The notes under the pieces are model-generated. The model had not been told where the DNA came from. It saw only the letters and a program-made list of their open reading frames with translations, and made no database searches. The translations under genes and the position numbers were made by a program. DNA of 64,000 nucleotides from Nitrospirota bacterium (GTDB lineage Bacteria > Nitrospirota > Thermodesulfovibrionia > Thermodesulfovibrionales > Dissulfurispiraceae). Positions 30,801 to 40,589 of this stretch are shown piece by piece (within the stretch, counting starts at the first letter, position 1; every line of letters starts with the position of its first letter). The DNA lies in NCBI GenBank assembly GCA_040754455.1, contig JBFMCP010000001.1, positions 1 through 64,000 of the forward strand, written 5' to 3'.

Positions 30801-31782
30801 CGGGGAACGGCGCCACCCCCGAAGGGAAATTGTGCGTCTCGGCGGTAAAGATAATGTGGTAAGTAACGTCCTTTGCCCTGAACGGCGAGGGACGACCCGG
30901 GGTATCGGGGAGGATCGTCCTGATCGCGTAGCCCCGTATTGCACTAGAGTTGTCATTGAAGGCAATGACGCTGTTGTTCGGGTTCCGCTTGTACGGTTCC
31001 TTGACGATCTGCATCAGGGTTTCGGGTATCTCCTTGCCGTCGATGATAAGTCTTCCCCTGAAGAACCAGTGGCGCGAATGCTCGCTGTTGGACTGGCTGA
31101 GGTCGAAACACTCCACATTCGTAGGATTTCTCTTGAGGTCTTTGACAAAGAGATTGTAATAGTACTCGATGTCCCATTCGTCGAACCCAAGGCCCATTTC
31201 CTTATTGATACGCACCAGCGCAGACCTGCCCTCTTCAATGAGAGGAACAATGCGCACCGGTTCCGGCGTTATACCAGTCTCAAATGTCGTGAGCGGCTCG
31301 GGGTAAAGACATTCGGTCATACGGTCGTGGATTAACTGTAAGAAATCCGCTTCATTCCGACTTCCGGCTTCTCGATTTCGGCTTCTGATGAGCTTGTACC
31401 TTCTGGAACGCTCAATGCGGTTGATCTTCGTCAGGCCGCAGGCGTGGCAGATGGAAACAGCATTGGTCGACCAGGCAGTCGTAAAGGTCATCCTTGGCCC
31501 GACCTCAATAATACCGTGATCCGTAGCGCGTGATGCGTTATGCGTCAAGAAACTATTATCAGAAAAGTGCTGCGGCTCGAAGGTCTCGGCAAGGAGCCAC
31601 TGCAGGGTTTTGAGCTCATCGGCAGTAAGAGGCTCTGATGTATCAATGTTGAAGCAGAACTCGGTCTCGATATTCTCGACCGCGGGGTCTATCTTTTCCC
31701 TGACCGCTTTCAGAAGCACATTCTTCTTGTAGAGCGAAAGGGCAGGGGTGCGGTACCTGTGCAGTAGTTTATGGTGCGGCAT
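27811..31782 (-). CDS. purL: Phosphoribosylformylglycinamidine synthase, large fused (PurS-L-Q) type
   Basis: NSEHSRH, ETHNFP, HDQGAGG, GGKDSLS, GVCNGCQ, AHGEG, MPHPER. Confidence 0.97.
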   Translation of the reverse strand: MPHHKLLHRYRTPALSLYKKNVLLKAVREKIDPAVENIETEFCFNIDTSEPLTADELKTLQWLLAETFEPQHFSDNSFLTHNASRATDHGIIEVGPRMTFTTAWSTNAVSICHACGLTKINRIERSRRYKLIRSRNREAGSRNEADFLQLIHDRMTECLYPEPLTTFETGITPEPVRIVPLIEEGRSALVRINKEMGLGFDEWDIEYYYNLFVKDLKRNPTNVECFDLSQSNSEHSRHWFFRGRLIIDGKEIPETLMQIVKEPYKRNPNNSVIAFNDNSSAIRGYAIRTILPDTPGRPSPFRAKDVTYHIIFTAETHNFPSGVAPFPGAETGTGGRLRDIHATGRGSLFVAGTAAYCVGNLQIPGYPLPWEHGSFVYPGNLASPLQIEIEASNGASDYGNKFGEPVIQGFTRSFGLRLPDGERREWIKPIMFTGGVGQIDARHIEKHQPEKGMVVVKVGGPAYRIGMGGGAASSMIQGENVEDLDFNAVQRGDAEMEQKLNRVIRACVELGDTNPIVSIHDQGAGGNCNVVKEIIHPAGAKIDIRKVVIGDTTLSVLEIWGAEYQEQDALLVHSGDIEMFRRLCEREKVPVAIIGEITGDGRIFVYDSEDNTVAEDLSLEKVLGDMPQKTFRMERVQAHTQPLALPEGITVNDALERVLRLVSVGSKRFLTSKVDRSVTGLVAQQQCAGPLHLTVADVAVIAQSHLPNERGHFTGAALSIGEQPIKGLINPSAMARMSVGEALTNIVWARISGIRDIRCSANWMWAPKLPGEGARLYDAAIAMRDIMLELGIAVDGGKDSLSMAARVTYGSGETEVVKSPGALVISAYATCPDITKVVTPDIKMPGKSKLLFVDMGNGKDRLGGSALAQCYKQVGHESPDVDNTQQLKDAFNAVQQMIDGGLILAGHDRSDGGLIITLLEMAFAGNCGMVVKLHDNASKDPISLLFSEELGVVVEYMPEREAAVLAVLKEHNVPFRIIGATSPEPRIAITLNDKTVLDGDMRELRAVWEETSHQLDLLQANPECVREEKAVIYDRPGPTFRVSFTPEQTPEVIMKRASKPAVAIIREEGSNGDREMTSAFYQAGFEPWDVTMTDLLGGRVTLSTFKGIVFVGGFSYADVLDSAKGWAGTIRFNKSLYEQFQRFYQRPDTFSLGVCNGCQLAALLGWVPWQGIADDRQPRFVHNTSGRFESRFASVKILKSPAIMLHGMENSVLGIWVAHGEGRAHFPDTAIFDEVLKNDLAPIRYVDDRGGITEQYPFNPNGSPLGIAALCTPDGRHLAMMPHPERAFLIWQWAWMPAEMKETLTASPWLKMFQNARQWCEGK
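31515..31549. repeat. In-frame heptamer tandem (CGTGATG family) in the purL N-terminal region
   Basis: cgtgatc cgtagcg cgtgatg cgttatg cgtcaag, encoding LTHNASRATDHG. Confidence 0.65.
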
Positions 31783-32030
31783 TATCCTCTCCTTGGTTGC
31801 TTAATGAGCCTTGTCATTTTACCATAACGCCTGGGCAGTACAAACTAAATTCCTCGACGGGGCAGGAAGATACAAAGGCATTATGTATTATACCAAAGGA
31901 AAGGACACTCCCGGAAAGGCTCAGCACGTAACGGCAGGGCAAACGCCTCGAGGGAGTACGCGTGTAGGTGGGGGAAAGGCAGAAAGGGGGAGGTCCCTGC
32001 CGGTCGAGAGCGCAGAGACCCTCATAAGGG

Positions 32031-32486
32031 TTATCGCCTCATCCCTCTCCTCGACCAGGCAGGCACACCCTTTTCATCTCTGAGCGTTATCACCTTGTCT
32101 CCCTTCTTTATTTCTGCAGCGATGATCGCAGGGTTATCTCCTATTGTCACACGGGACCCTTTGACGGTGATCGTGTCGCCTTTTTCTATTTTGGTGTCGA
32201 GCTTTTCGATATACCAGCCGGGACCGAGGTGAACAGGGATGGTCTCTTTGTCGGTCTTGAGTCGTACATGCACGCCATATGACATTCCCTTCAGGGGAAT
32301 AATTTTATCGACAGCCTCTACAGTACCCGAGACAGTCTCGACCGTCGCGGGGTTATACATCCTTTGGTACTGCGTTCCCATACCCCATCCCCCCATGCCG
32401 CGGCCCTTCATAGGCTGGGCAAACACCAGGGGAGCAAACAAAACCATTGAGACAGCAATGATAAGTCCTCCTACCCTTCTTCCCAT
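32031..32486 (-). CDS. Exported OB-fold protein (MamS/MamX-like domain family)
   Basis: Signal peptide; YNPATVETVSG, VHLGPGWY, LRDEKGVPAW. Confidence 0.7.
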   Translation of the reverse strand: MGRRVGGLIIAVSMVLFAPLVFAQPMKGRGMGGWGMGTQYQRMYNPATVETVSGTVEAVDKIIPLKGMSYGVHVRLKTDKETIPVHLGPGWYIEKLDTKIEKGDTITVKGSRVTIGDNPAIIAAEIKKGDKVITLRDEKGVPAWSRRGMRR

Positions 32487-32511
32487 TGCAATACCTCCTT
32501 ACTTTTAGTGT

Positions 32512-32886
32512 TTATCTTCTTCCTCTGCTGCCTTCGCCACGCCTTTCTCTCTCAGGACCGGCCGACTTTCCTCGGTGCTCTCTGATGGACTCCCTTTCCC
32601 GGATGCTCTCCCGCTCTCTTAATCTTTCCCGGTCATCGGTACGCCCGCCGTCTCCCCGGTACATCGGACCGAGATATTTTTCTTTCTCCTCAGGCGTCAT
32701 ATCGTACATCCTCCTCTGCCACTCCCGTTCGTATGCCCTCTGCTCGTCGAAAGGAGCGTCTTTCATGCCCTCCCTCATTTTCGCGAGCTCATCCGTGGGG
32801 ATAAGACTGTAGTCGGCGCCGGATGCCGAAGAGAGCGCCACCACCGTACCTGCGAGTATGATTGCGACGACCACTTTGATCATCAT
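32512..32886 (-). CDS. Exported DUF1104-like helical protein
   Basis: Signal peptide; ADYS...ELAKMR...EWQRRM..MTPEE; RERESI repeats. Confidence 0.6.
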   Translation of the reverse strand: MMIKVVVAIILAGTVVALSSASGADYSLIPTDELAKMREGMKDAPFDEQRAYEREWQRRMYDMTPEEKEKYLGPMYRGDGGRTDDRERLRERESIRERESIREHRGKSAGPERERRGEGSRGRR

Positions 32887-33068
32887 CGTTTTATCCCTCC
32901 TTGACTCTCGATTATGAACAGACCATAGCGACAGGTCTCTATTTAAATTCTCTCACAAAAGGGCCCTTTTGTGAACCAGCTGCAGCCTTCCTGCCGGAGT
33001 TCGCTCTGTTTGAGGGGCGTGTATGCTAAAATATTGTTTAGCATACAATAGATTAGAGGTGAATTTTA

Positions 33069-34952
33069 ATGAATATACGTTTGACATCGGACGAGACGGT
33101 TCCCGTTCAGGAAGGCGAGGATATTTATACTGCCCTGAAAAAGGCGGGCATTTATCTTGTCGCTTCCTGCGGGGGGAAGGGCACCTGCGGCAAGTGCAGG
33201 GTCAGGATTATAGAGGGAGACCATGAGGTCGCCTCCTATGGGAAGCTTACCTCCCAGGAAAAGGAATCACGCCTCGTCCTCGCCTGCCAGACCGTTCCGA
33301 AAGGAGACATCCTTGCAGAGATACCGAAGGAGTCGCGTCTGGTCGTCGGCGACAAGATCGCCATTGCAAAGACCAAGAACCTCGTCGATTATCTGAAATC
33401 CTACGGTGTCGCCATAAATCCGCCGATCAAGAGAATCTCCCTCGAGCTGCCGCCGCCGACGATCAGCGATAATATCAGCGACCTCGAACGGCTGAAGCGG
33501 GCGCTCGCTGAAAAGGGGCTCGACAACCTCCGTTTCTCCCACCTCTTCGTCTCGACGATGGGGAAGATATTGAGAGAGGCGAACTGGAAGGTATCGCTTA
33601 CGTACGTGCCGATGAACGGAACAGGCGGCGAAGCAATCTTCATCACCGCCCCGGAACACTGCTCGCGACGGTTCGGCATTGCCGTTGATATCGGCACCAC
33701 GACCGTCGTGGTTTACCTCGTGAACCTCTCGACCGGAGAGATCGTCGATGTCGGTTCGACCTACAACTCCCAGATGCGCTATGGCGATGACGTCATTACG
33801 CGCATCGTCCATGCTACCGAAGGCAAAGGCCTGCATGAGCTGAGGGATGCGGTCGTAACTGACATCAACACGATTGTAACATCGCTGCTCGACCGCCACA
33901 GCATTCACGCCTGCGAGATCGATTCCGCAACCATCGCCGGCAACACCACCATGTCGCACATCTTCTGGGATATGGACCCGGGATCGATCAGGGAGGAACC
34001 CTACATCCCGGCGCTCAACCATTTCCCCCTCTGGAAGGCGGGCACGGCAAAGCTCTCGATCAATCCGCAGGCGCCGGTATATACCGTTCCCTGCGTCGCA
34101 AGTTATGTCGGCGGCGATATCGTTGCAGGGGTGCTCGCGTCGAAGATGCACCGCAGTCCCGAGATCGCCCTCTTCATGGATATCGGGACCAACGGCGAGA
34201 TCGCCCTCGGCAGCAACGAGTGGCTTATGACTGCCGCCTGTTCAGCCGGCCCCTGTTTCGAAGGGAGCGGCATACGGTGCGGCATGCGCGCGACGCCAGG
34301 TGCCATCGAGGCAGTGAAGATCGATAAAGAGACCTTCGAGCCGGAAATAAAGGTCATCGGCGGCGGTGTTCCCCTGGGCATCTGCGGCTCGGGGATGATC
34401 GATGCCGTATCCGAGATGTTCCTCACAGGTGTTATCGATCTGAAAGGGAAATTCATCAGCAGCACCACCGAAAGGATCCGCGACGGTGAGGAGGGTCCTG
34501 AATTCGTCTTCTACAAAGGCGACGGGCACCATAAAGACATCGTCCTCACCGAAGTCGATATCGAGAACCTGCTCAGGGCAAAGGCCGCCATTTACGCCGG
34601 CGTCACCACCCTGCTCGGAGAGGGCGGCTTTACCCTCGATATGATCGAAAAAGTGTACATCGCCGGCGGCTTCGGCAACTATATTAATGTAGAGAGGGCG
34701 ATCACCCTCGGCATGCTCCCCGATCTGCCGAAAGAGCGCTTCGTCTTTATGGGCAACACCTCCATCACCGGCGCCTATCTCTGCCTGCTCTCCGAAGAAT
34801 TGAGAAAAGAGGCTGAAGAGATCGCTGCAAAGATGACGTACATAGAATTGTCCGTATCGCGGAACTTCATGGATGAGTACATGTCCGCCCTCTTCCTTCC
34901 CCATACGGATATCACGCAGTTCCCGACCGTGGCGGAGCTGATGCAGAAATAG
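33069..34952 (+). CDS. RACo/AcsV-type ATP-dependent reductive activator of corrinoid proteins (2Fe-2S + ASKHA, DUF4445)
   Basis: CGGKGTCGKC..LACQ, DIGTTT, YGDDVITRI, GNTTM, DIGTNGE, SAGPCFEG, GICGSG, AGGFG. Confidence 0.92.
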   Translation: MNIRLTSDETVPVQEGEDIYTALKKAGIYLVASCGGKGTCGKCRVRIIEGDHEVASYGKLTSQEKESRLVLACQTVPKGDILAEIPKESRLVVGDKIAIAKTKNLVDYLKSYGVAINPPIKRISLELPPPTISDNISDLERLKRALAEKGLDNLRFSHLFVSTMGKILREANWKVSLTYVPMNGTGGEAIFITAPEHCSRRFGIAVDIGTTTVVVYLVNLSTGEIVDVGSTYNSQMRYGDDVITRIVHATEGKGLHELRDAVVTDINTIVTSLLDRHSIHACEIDSATIAGNTTMSHIFWDMDPGSIREEPYIPALNHFPLWKAGTAKLSINPQAPVYTVPCVASYVGGDIVAGVLASKMHRSPEIALFMDIGTNGEIALGSNEWLMTAACSAGPCFEGSGIRCGMRATPGAIEAVKIDKETFEPEIKVIGGGVPLGICGSGMIDAVSEMFLTGVIDLKGKFISSTTERIRDGEEGPEFVFYKGDGHHKDIVLTEVDIENLLRAKAAIYAGVTTLLGEGGFTLDMIEKVYIAGGFGNYINVERAITLGMLPDLPKERFVFMGNTSITGAYLCLLSEELRKEAEEIAAKMTYIELSVSRNFMDEYMSALFLPHTDITQFPTVAELMQK

Positions 34953-34971
34953 CGTGTACAATTAATACGGC

Positions 34972-37104
34972 ATGGGCTTTTTTCTTGACATAAAGAGGGA
35001 CTTCAGGGCGGTCTTCGAGCGCGACCCAGCGGCGCGGAATATCGTCGAGGTGCTCATCACCTATCCCGGCCTCCACGCCATTATCATACATCGCTTCAGC
35101 CATGCGCTCTGGAAATTGAAGATTCCGGTGATCCCGCGTCTGCTGTCGCATATCGGACGCTTTCTGACCGGTATCGAAATACATCCCGCAGCACGGATAG
35201 GACCGGGCTTCTTTATCGACCATGGGATGGGCGTGGTGATCGGCGAGACGACGGAGGTAGGCGAGGATTGTCTTCTCTATCAGGGCGTGACCCTCGGCGG
35301 TACGGGGAAAGAAAAAGGGAAGAGGCACCCTACCCTTGCGGACAACGTGGTCGTCGGCGCCGGTGCAAAGATTCTGGGGCCCATACGGATCGGCAGTCGC
35401 GTGAAGATCGGCGCCAATTCCGTCGTGTTGAAGCCTGTTCCCGATGATGCCATTGTCGTCGGCGTGCCGGGCAGGATCATAAAGAAAAAGATATATAGAA
35501 TAGAAGAGCGGGGCCCTGTCGAAGCGCTCGACCATGTACGGCTCCCCGATCCTATGGATGAGAAGTTCCAGGAACTGATGGACCACATCGAACGGCTCGA
35601 AACAAGGCTGGAAAAGATAGAGGGTAAAGGAGGAAGGATGAAGATCTACAACACCATGACGGGCAGGAAAGAGGACTTCATGCCGCTCTCGGACAAAAGG
35701 GTCGGGATCTATGCCTGCGGCGTCACGGTCTACGATTACTGTCATATCGGCCATGCACGGAGCGTTATCGTCTTCGATGTCATAAAGCGGTATCTCGCCT
35801 ACAAGGGGTTCGATGTGAAGTACGTGAGAAACTTCACCGACATCGACGACAAGATCATCAAGAGGTCCCATGAAGAATGCCTCACCTGGGACGAGGTGGC
35901 AAGAAAATATATCAGGGAATACTACGTCGATATGGACCGGCTCGGCGTTGCACGGGCGGATGTGGAGCCGAAGGCGACCGAGCATATCAGTGAGATGATC
36001 GATGTCATCAAGGCCCTTATCGAAAAAGGCCATGCGTATGAATCCGAGGGGAGCGTCTACTTCTCGGTCGATTCGTTTCCCGAGTATGGAAAACTTTCCA
36101 AGAAAGAGCAAAAGGACCTCCTCGCCGGAGCCCGCGTCGATGTTGAGGAAAAGAAAAAGAACCCTTCCGACTTCGCGCTCTGGAAGGCATCGAAACCGGG
36201 AGAGCCCTGGTGGGAGAGCCCCTGGGGCAAAGGCAGGCCCGGCTGGCATATCGAATGCACGGCGATGGCGATCAAGCACCTGGGTGAATCCATCGATATC
36301 CATGGCGGCGGCGCAGACCTCATCTTTCCCCATCACGAAAACGAGATCGCACAGTCCGAGGCCTACACCGGCAGACCGTTTGCCAAATACTGGGTACATA
36401 ACGGCTTCATCACCATCGACAAGGAAAAGATGTCGAAATCGCTCGGCAATTTCTTTACCATCCGCGAGATCCTCGACAAGTTCGACCCCGAGGTAGTCAG
36501 ACTCTTCATCCTCTCGAGCCACTACCGCAGCCCTATAGAATTCTCGAACGAACAGCTCAGGGATACCGAATCCTCGCTCGATAGATGCTATACCACTATT
36601 GCGAGGATCAACGATTTCCTCGCAGGTGTTCCGGCATCCTCTTCGAAAGCACAGAAGAGCAGCGAAACACACACGGAACTTGAGTCTGCGCTCAACGCCT
36701 TCAAAGACCGCTTTGAAGAAGCAATGGACGATGACTTCAATACCGCTCTTGCCATCGGCCATGTGTTCGAACTGATACGAATCATCAATAAATTCCTCGA
36801 TGCAAAGCCCTCGCGAGAGGAAGACCAGAAACTAATACTACGGGCCAAGGACACCCTGCGCACTGCCGGCGATGTCCTTAATCTCTTCCACAGGACACCG
36901 GCCCAATGGAATATCGATCTCCTGGCGATCAAACGGATTCCCCTCACACACGCCGAGATCGAACGGAAGATCAGCGACCGACGGATCGCCCGACAGAACA
37001 AGGATTGGACGCTTGCCGATGCAATCAGGAAAGAGCTTGAGGAGAAGGGAATACTTCTCGAAGATAAAAAGAGCGGGACGGACTGGAAGGTAAAAATCGT
37101 CTAA
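34972..37104 (+). CDS. cysE-cysS: In-frame fusion of serine O-acetyltransferase (CysE) and cysteine--tRNA ligase (CysS)
   Basis: aa 1-222: [31 protein letters not shown]. From ATG 35638: [33 protein letters not shown]. No stop between. Confidence 0.93.
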   Translation: MGFFLDIKRDFRAVFERDPAARNIVEVLITYPGLHAIIIHRFSHALWKLKIPVIPRLLSHIGRFLTGIEIHPAARIGPGFFIDHGMGVVIGETTEVGEDCLLYQGVTLGGTGKEKGKRHPTLADNVVVGAGAKILGPIRIGSRVKIGANSVVLKPVPDDAIVVGVPGRIIKKKIYRIEERGPVEALDHVRLPDPMDEKFQELMDHIERLETRLEKIEGKGGRMKIYNTMTGRKEDFMPLSDKRVGIYACGVTVYDYCHIGHARSVIVFDVIKRYLAYKGFDVKYVRNFTDIDDKIIKRSHEECLTWDEVARKYIREYYVDMDRLGVARADVEPKATEHISEMIDVIKALIEKGHAYESEGSVYFSVDSFPEYGKLSKKEQKDLLAGARVDVEEKKKNPSDFALWKASKPGEPWWESPWGKGRPGWHIECTAMAIKHLGESIDIHGGGADLIFPHHENEIAQSEAYTGRPFAKYWVHNGFITIDKEKMSKSLGNFFTIREILDKFDPEVVRLFILSSHYRSPIEFSNEQLRDTESSLDRCYTTIARINDFLAGVPASSSKAQKSSETHTELESALNAFKDRFEEAMDDDFNTALAIGHVFELIRIINKFLDAKPSREEDQKLILRAKDTLRTAGDVLNLFHRTPAQWNIDLLAIKRIPLTHAEIERKISDRRIARQNKDWTLADAIRKELEEKGILLEDKKSGTDWKVKIV

Positions 37105-37109
37105 CTACC

Positions 37110-37248
37110 GTTTCAGGTTTCAAGGTGAGAGTTTCAAGTTAAAGAAGAATAAGAGGTTCATCTTCTTTTCGCCGCAATGGTACACTTTAAACTCAAAAAA
37201 TATTCTTTATGCTTTTGACTACAAACCTGAAACCCGAAACCTGAAACT
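37110..37248. repeat. Bipartite inverted heptamer repeat (GTTTCAG / CTGAAAC)
   Basis: gtttcag gtttcaa ggtgaga gtttcaa ... aaacctg aaacccg aaacctg aaac. Confidence 0.7.
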
Positions 37249-37253
37249 ATTAT

Positions 37254-38012
37254 ATGAGAGACCGAGAAGAAAAAGGAGCATGGATCTATGGCATCAATCC
37301 CGTCGCTGAAGCCGTCAAATCAGGGCGGATGATCACCGCCCTTTATGTCCACGAGCAAAGCCGCGGGCACAAACCTGTGCGCAAGATTCTCGATGCGGCA
37401 AAAGCAGCGGGCGTCCCGATAAAATTTGAGAAGAAAGAATTCTTCGAATCCCGCTTTCAAAAGGGGCATCAAGGCGTTGCAGCACTGACAGGGAAGAAAA
37501 AGACAATAAGCATAGAAGAATTACTCGAAATTCCTGCATCAAGAAACGAACCCCCTTTCTTTATCATCCTCGATGGCATCGAGGACCCGAGAAACTTCGG
37601 CGCAATCCTGCGTGTCGCCGATGCGTCCGGGGCGCACGGCGTCGTATTCCAGAGCCGCCGGTCGGCAGGCATTACGCCTGTCGTTGCCAAAGCATCGGCC
37701 GGGGCGCTGGAACACGTCAATCTTGCCGAGGCCGTCAACATCAAGCACGCCATGGAGAAGATGAAAAAGGCGGACATCACCATCATCGGTGCAGAGGCTG
37801 ATACGGAGCTGACGGTCTGGGATGTTGATCTGAGGGCACCTCTTGCCCTCGTCGTCGGCTCTGAAGGCGAAGGATTGCGGCGCACCGTACGGGAGATGTG
37901 CGATCACATAGTGCGGCTGCCCATGAAAGGGACCGTCAACTCGCTCAATGTGTCGGTTGCAACCGGAATCCTCTCTTATGAAATAATGCGGCAACGAAAT
38001 AAGCGCAGTTGA
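37254..38012 (+). CDS. rlmB: 23S rRNA (Gm2251) 2'-O-methyltransferase
   Basis: HQGVA, DPRNFGAILR, GSEGEG, SLNVSVA; follows cysS. Confidence 0.95.
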   Translation: MRDREEKGAWIYGINPVAEAVKSGRMITALYVHEQSRGHKPVRKILDAAKAAGVPIKFEKKEFFESRFQKGHQGVAALTGKKKTISIEELLEIPASRNEPPFFIILDGIEDPRNFGAILRVADASGAHGVVFQSRRSAGITPVVAKASAGALEHVNLAEAVNIKHAMEKMKKADITIIGAEADTELTVWDVDLRAPLALVVGSEGEGLRRTVREMCDHIVRLPMKGTVNSLNVSVATGILSYEIMRQRNKRS

Positions 38013-38032
38013 TATAAGAGCGGTCAAACACC

Positions 38033-38647
38033 ATGAAATACAGAATCGATCTACATGTCCATTCAAAATACAGCGGCGACAATGATGCCGAGCCCGAGGA
38101 ATTGATCGACCAGGCCATCAGGCTGAACCTGTACGGGATCGCCTTCACCGAGCACTATTCCTATGAGGCATCGGCGTTCGTCGAGCTCCTCCGGGAAAAA
38201 TACGGTGATAGGATCAGACTATTAAGGGGCGTCGAGCTTTCGGTAATCGAGGGACATTGCCTCGTCTTCGGCATCGACACCGACCGCCTCTCGTTGAAAG
38301 ATGCATCCATCACCGAAGTGGTGAAAGCGGTCAACCGCAGCGGAGGCGTGGTCATCCCTTCACACCCCTACCGAAAAGGAAACAGCCTGGGTGATATAGT
38401 GCAGCAGGTTTGGGGCTTCTGCGCGCTCGAAGGCTATAACGGCGCCAACATGCAAGCCTATAATGAAAAGGCGATCGCAACGGCGAGGCTGCTCGACTTA
38501 CGTTACACCGGAGGTTCCGACGCGCATGCGCCGAAAGAGGTGGGCCTCTGTGTCACCGAGTTCGACGACGCAATTACCTATGACAATTTCACCGAGATAT
38601 TGAAGCGCGGGCACTACCAGGGAATCGACTGCCGCAGGAAAAAATAA
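38033..38647 (+). CDS. PHP-domain metal-dependent phosphoesterase
   Basis: DLHVHS, TEH, HPYR, GGSDAH. Confidence 0.9.
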   Translation: MKYRIDLHVHSKYSGDNDAEPEELIDQAIRLNLYGIAFTEHYSYEASAFVELLREKYGDRIRLLRGVELSVIEGHCLVFGIDTDRLSLKDASITEVVKAVNRSGGVVIPSHPYRKGNSLGDIVQQVWGFCALEGYNGANMQAYNEKAIATARLLDLRYTGGSDAHAPKEVGLCVTEFDDAITYDNFTEILKRGHYQGIDCRRKK

Positions 38648-38686
38648 ACACACCGCACATGAAGCAGGCAGGAGTGCGGTGTGTTT
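38646..38686. terminator. Probable bidirectional terminator between convergent genes
   Basis: 13-bp perfect inverted repeat AAACACACCGCAC / GTGCGGTGTGTTT. Confidence 0.65.
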
Positions 38687-38744
38687 GTTCCCGGAAACCG
38701 GCGGGGGGCACCGGTTGCCTCGGGTAAAACAGGAGCGTGGCAGG

Positions 38745-39191
38745 TTATGCGCTTGCCATCTGCTCTTTCTTCATTGACTCCATTTCGCTGCCCATAGTGT
38801 CGAGCTGGCTGCTTTCAAGGAGGTTCTGCGCCTTTGTGAAGAGATCTCCCTCTTCCTCCTCAATATGGTGCTCCACGTTCTCCTTAAGCACAGAGAGCTT
38901 GGCAAACCATTTCTCATCCTTGCTCTTGAGGCTGCTCATTTCTTTAAGGATCAGCTTTGCCACATGGTGCTCTTCGATCCCTTCGAGGATCATGGTATGG
39001 GTCTCGTCGTTATCCTTGAGCGCGGGGTAGAATATCGATTCCTCTCCCGACATGTGTATTTCAAGTTCCTGGCTCAGATTGCTGAAAAGCTTGTCAATGT
39101 CACTGCTTTTGCCCTCTTCCATCGATTCCAGCTTGTCGAACAGCTGCAGTGCCTCCTCATGGTCTTTCTTAAGCAATTCGATAATATTCAT
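38745..39191 (-). CDS. Hemerythrin-like (HHE) domain protein
   Basis: LKKDH, HMSGEESIFYP, EEH, HHIEEEE; start ATG 39191. Confidence 0.9.
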   Translation of the reverse strand: MNIIELLKKDHEEALQLFDKLESMEEGKSSDIDKLFSNLSQELEIHMSGEESIFYPALKDNDETHTMILEGIEEHHVAKLILKEMSSLKSKDEKWFAKLSVLKENVEHHIEEEEGDLFTKAQNLLESSQLDTMGSEMESMKKEQMASA

Positions 39192-39237
39192 TGCTGCCTC
39201 CTCTTGGCCGTTATATTCGTTCATAAGGCACAACCGC

Positions 39238-39474
39238 TCACTCCTCTTTACTCCTCCATTGACCGCTCTCGGTCTTCCTGTATTTCTTTTTCATCGCTGC
39301 CCAGGCGACCTTGTGCGCCGTTGCCTCCTGAGACTCCTTCCCTCGCCGTTTCTTCGGGCTCTTGTATTCTTCAAGGGCCTTGTCGTGCGCTTTCTGATAA
39401 ATTTCTTTTGCATGTCCCGGCAATTTGCTCTTCGGTCCTTTCGGCAGATTTTTTACACTCCCCTCACGTGGCAT
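39238..39474 (-). CDS. ChaB family protein
   Basis: LPGHAKEIY...AHKVAWAAMKKKY...GQW. Confidence 0.9.
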   Translation of the reverse strand: MPREGSVKNLPKGPKSKLPGHAKEIYQKAHDKALEEYKSPKKRRGKESQEATAHKVAWAAMKKKYRKTESGQWRSKEE

Positions 39475-39492
39475 AGACCCTCCTTGTTCTGC

Positions 39493-40347
39493 TTATCCGT
39501 TTACAATTTCACCGCCGTTTGGATGCAGCACCTGCCCGGTCATGTAGGAAGCATCCCTCGATGCCAGAAAAACGAAGCATGGGGCGACCTCATCGGGCTG
39601 CCCGGCGCGTTGCAGCGGCACATTGCCGCCGAACTCTGATACATGTTCTGGTGAGAAGCTCGCAGGAATCAGCGGCGTCCAGATCGGCCCCGGCGCAACG
39701 GCGTTCACTCGGATGCCTTTGTCTGCCAGCGCTTTTGAGAGGGACCGGGTGAAAGAGACGATGGCACCCTTGGTCGATGAATAATCGAGCAGGGTCGGAT
39801 TGCCCCGGTATGCCGTCACAGAGGTGGTATTGATGATCGCGCTTCCTCCTTTCAGGTATTTCATTGCCGCCTTGGTCATAAAGAAATAGGAAAAGATATT
39901 GGTGCGAAAGGTACGCTCCAGCTGCTCCGCGGTAATCGCTTCAATACTCTCCCGTTCATGCTGTTCAGCCGCATTGTTCACCAGAATATCAAGCCTGCCG
40001 AAAGCGCGTACGGTCTTTTCAACCGATTCCCGGCAAAATGCTTCATCACCCACATCTCCGGCAATCGTAATGCAGCGCCGGCCCTCCTTCTCGACGAGCC
40101 TCCTGGTCTCTTCGGCATCCTGATGCTCGTTCAGATAGACGACGGCGATATCGGCGCCCTCCTTTGCAAAGGCAATGGCAGTCGCCCGTCCGATACCGCT
40201 CTCGCCTCCGGTGATGAGTGCTGCTTTATTCATAAGCTTGCCGCTGCCGCGATATTCAGGACGCTCCGCCTCGGGACGGGGCGTCATCTCAGCTTCGATA
40301 CCGGGCTGCCGTTCCTGCTTCTGGGGCGGCTGCTTCTTCTGTGGCAT
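39493..40347 (-). CDS. SDR oxidoreductase, general-stress type (YdaD/YhdF-like)
   Basis: PPQKQERQPG, YRGSGKL, TGGESGIG, NNAA, YSSTKG, PGPIWTPLIP, HPNGG; start ATG 40347. Confidence 0.92.
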   Translation of the reverse strand: MPQKKQPPQKQERQPGIEAEMTPRPEAERPEYRGSGKLMNKAALITGGESGIGRATAIAFAKEGADIAVVYLNEHQDAEETRRLVEKEGRRCITIAGDVGDEAFCRESVEKTVRAFGRLDILVNNAAEQHERESIEAITAEQLERTFRTNIFSYFFMTKAAMKYLKGGSAIINTTSVTAYRGNPTLLDYSSTKGAIVSFTRSLSKALADKGIRVNAVAPGPIWTPLIPASFSPEHVSEFGGNVPLQRAGQPDEVAPCFVFLASRDASYMTGQVLHPNGGEIVNG

Positions 40348-40589
40348 CCCTCCTCCTTTACCGGCGGCATTCGGTGTGTACTTCAAAAGATAAAAGCACC
40401 TCACCTGCTTATGCTGTGCAGGATACTGTTAGGAAGTATGCTCCTGTTGAGCTAGAAAGATTGCTGGATACTGTAAAGTCCGGATGATCTTTGGAAGATG
40501 GAGATCCTGACGTATATTCCTACTTAAATTTGAGCATAAAAAAAGTCGAAAAGCAATATGGAATTTGCATTAGGGTGTGCATACACACC

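Noticed and set aside
31930..31985. GGGCAAAC motif suggesting a c-di-GMP-I riboswitch
   Set aside because: Lacks the GAAA tetraloop and GACGCAAAGC core, and points away from purL.
32031..32486. Magnetosome island
   Set aside because: A single MamS/MamX-like OB-fold protein with no other mam/mad genes nearby.
34912..36762. Long antisense ORFs (also 28870..30546, 8330..9616, 3724..4734, 25669..26745, 59752..60861)
   Set aside because: Shadow frames opposite well-supported genes, with no motifs; expected from codon bias.
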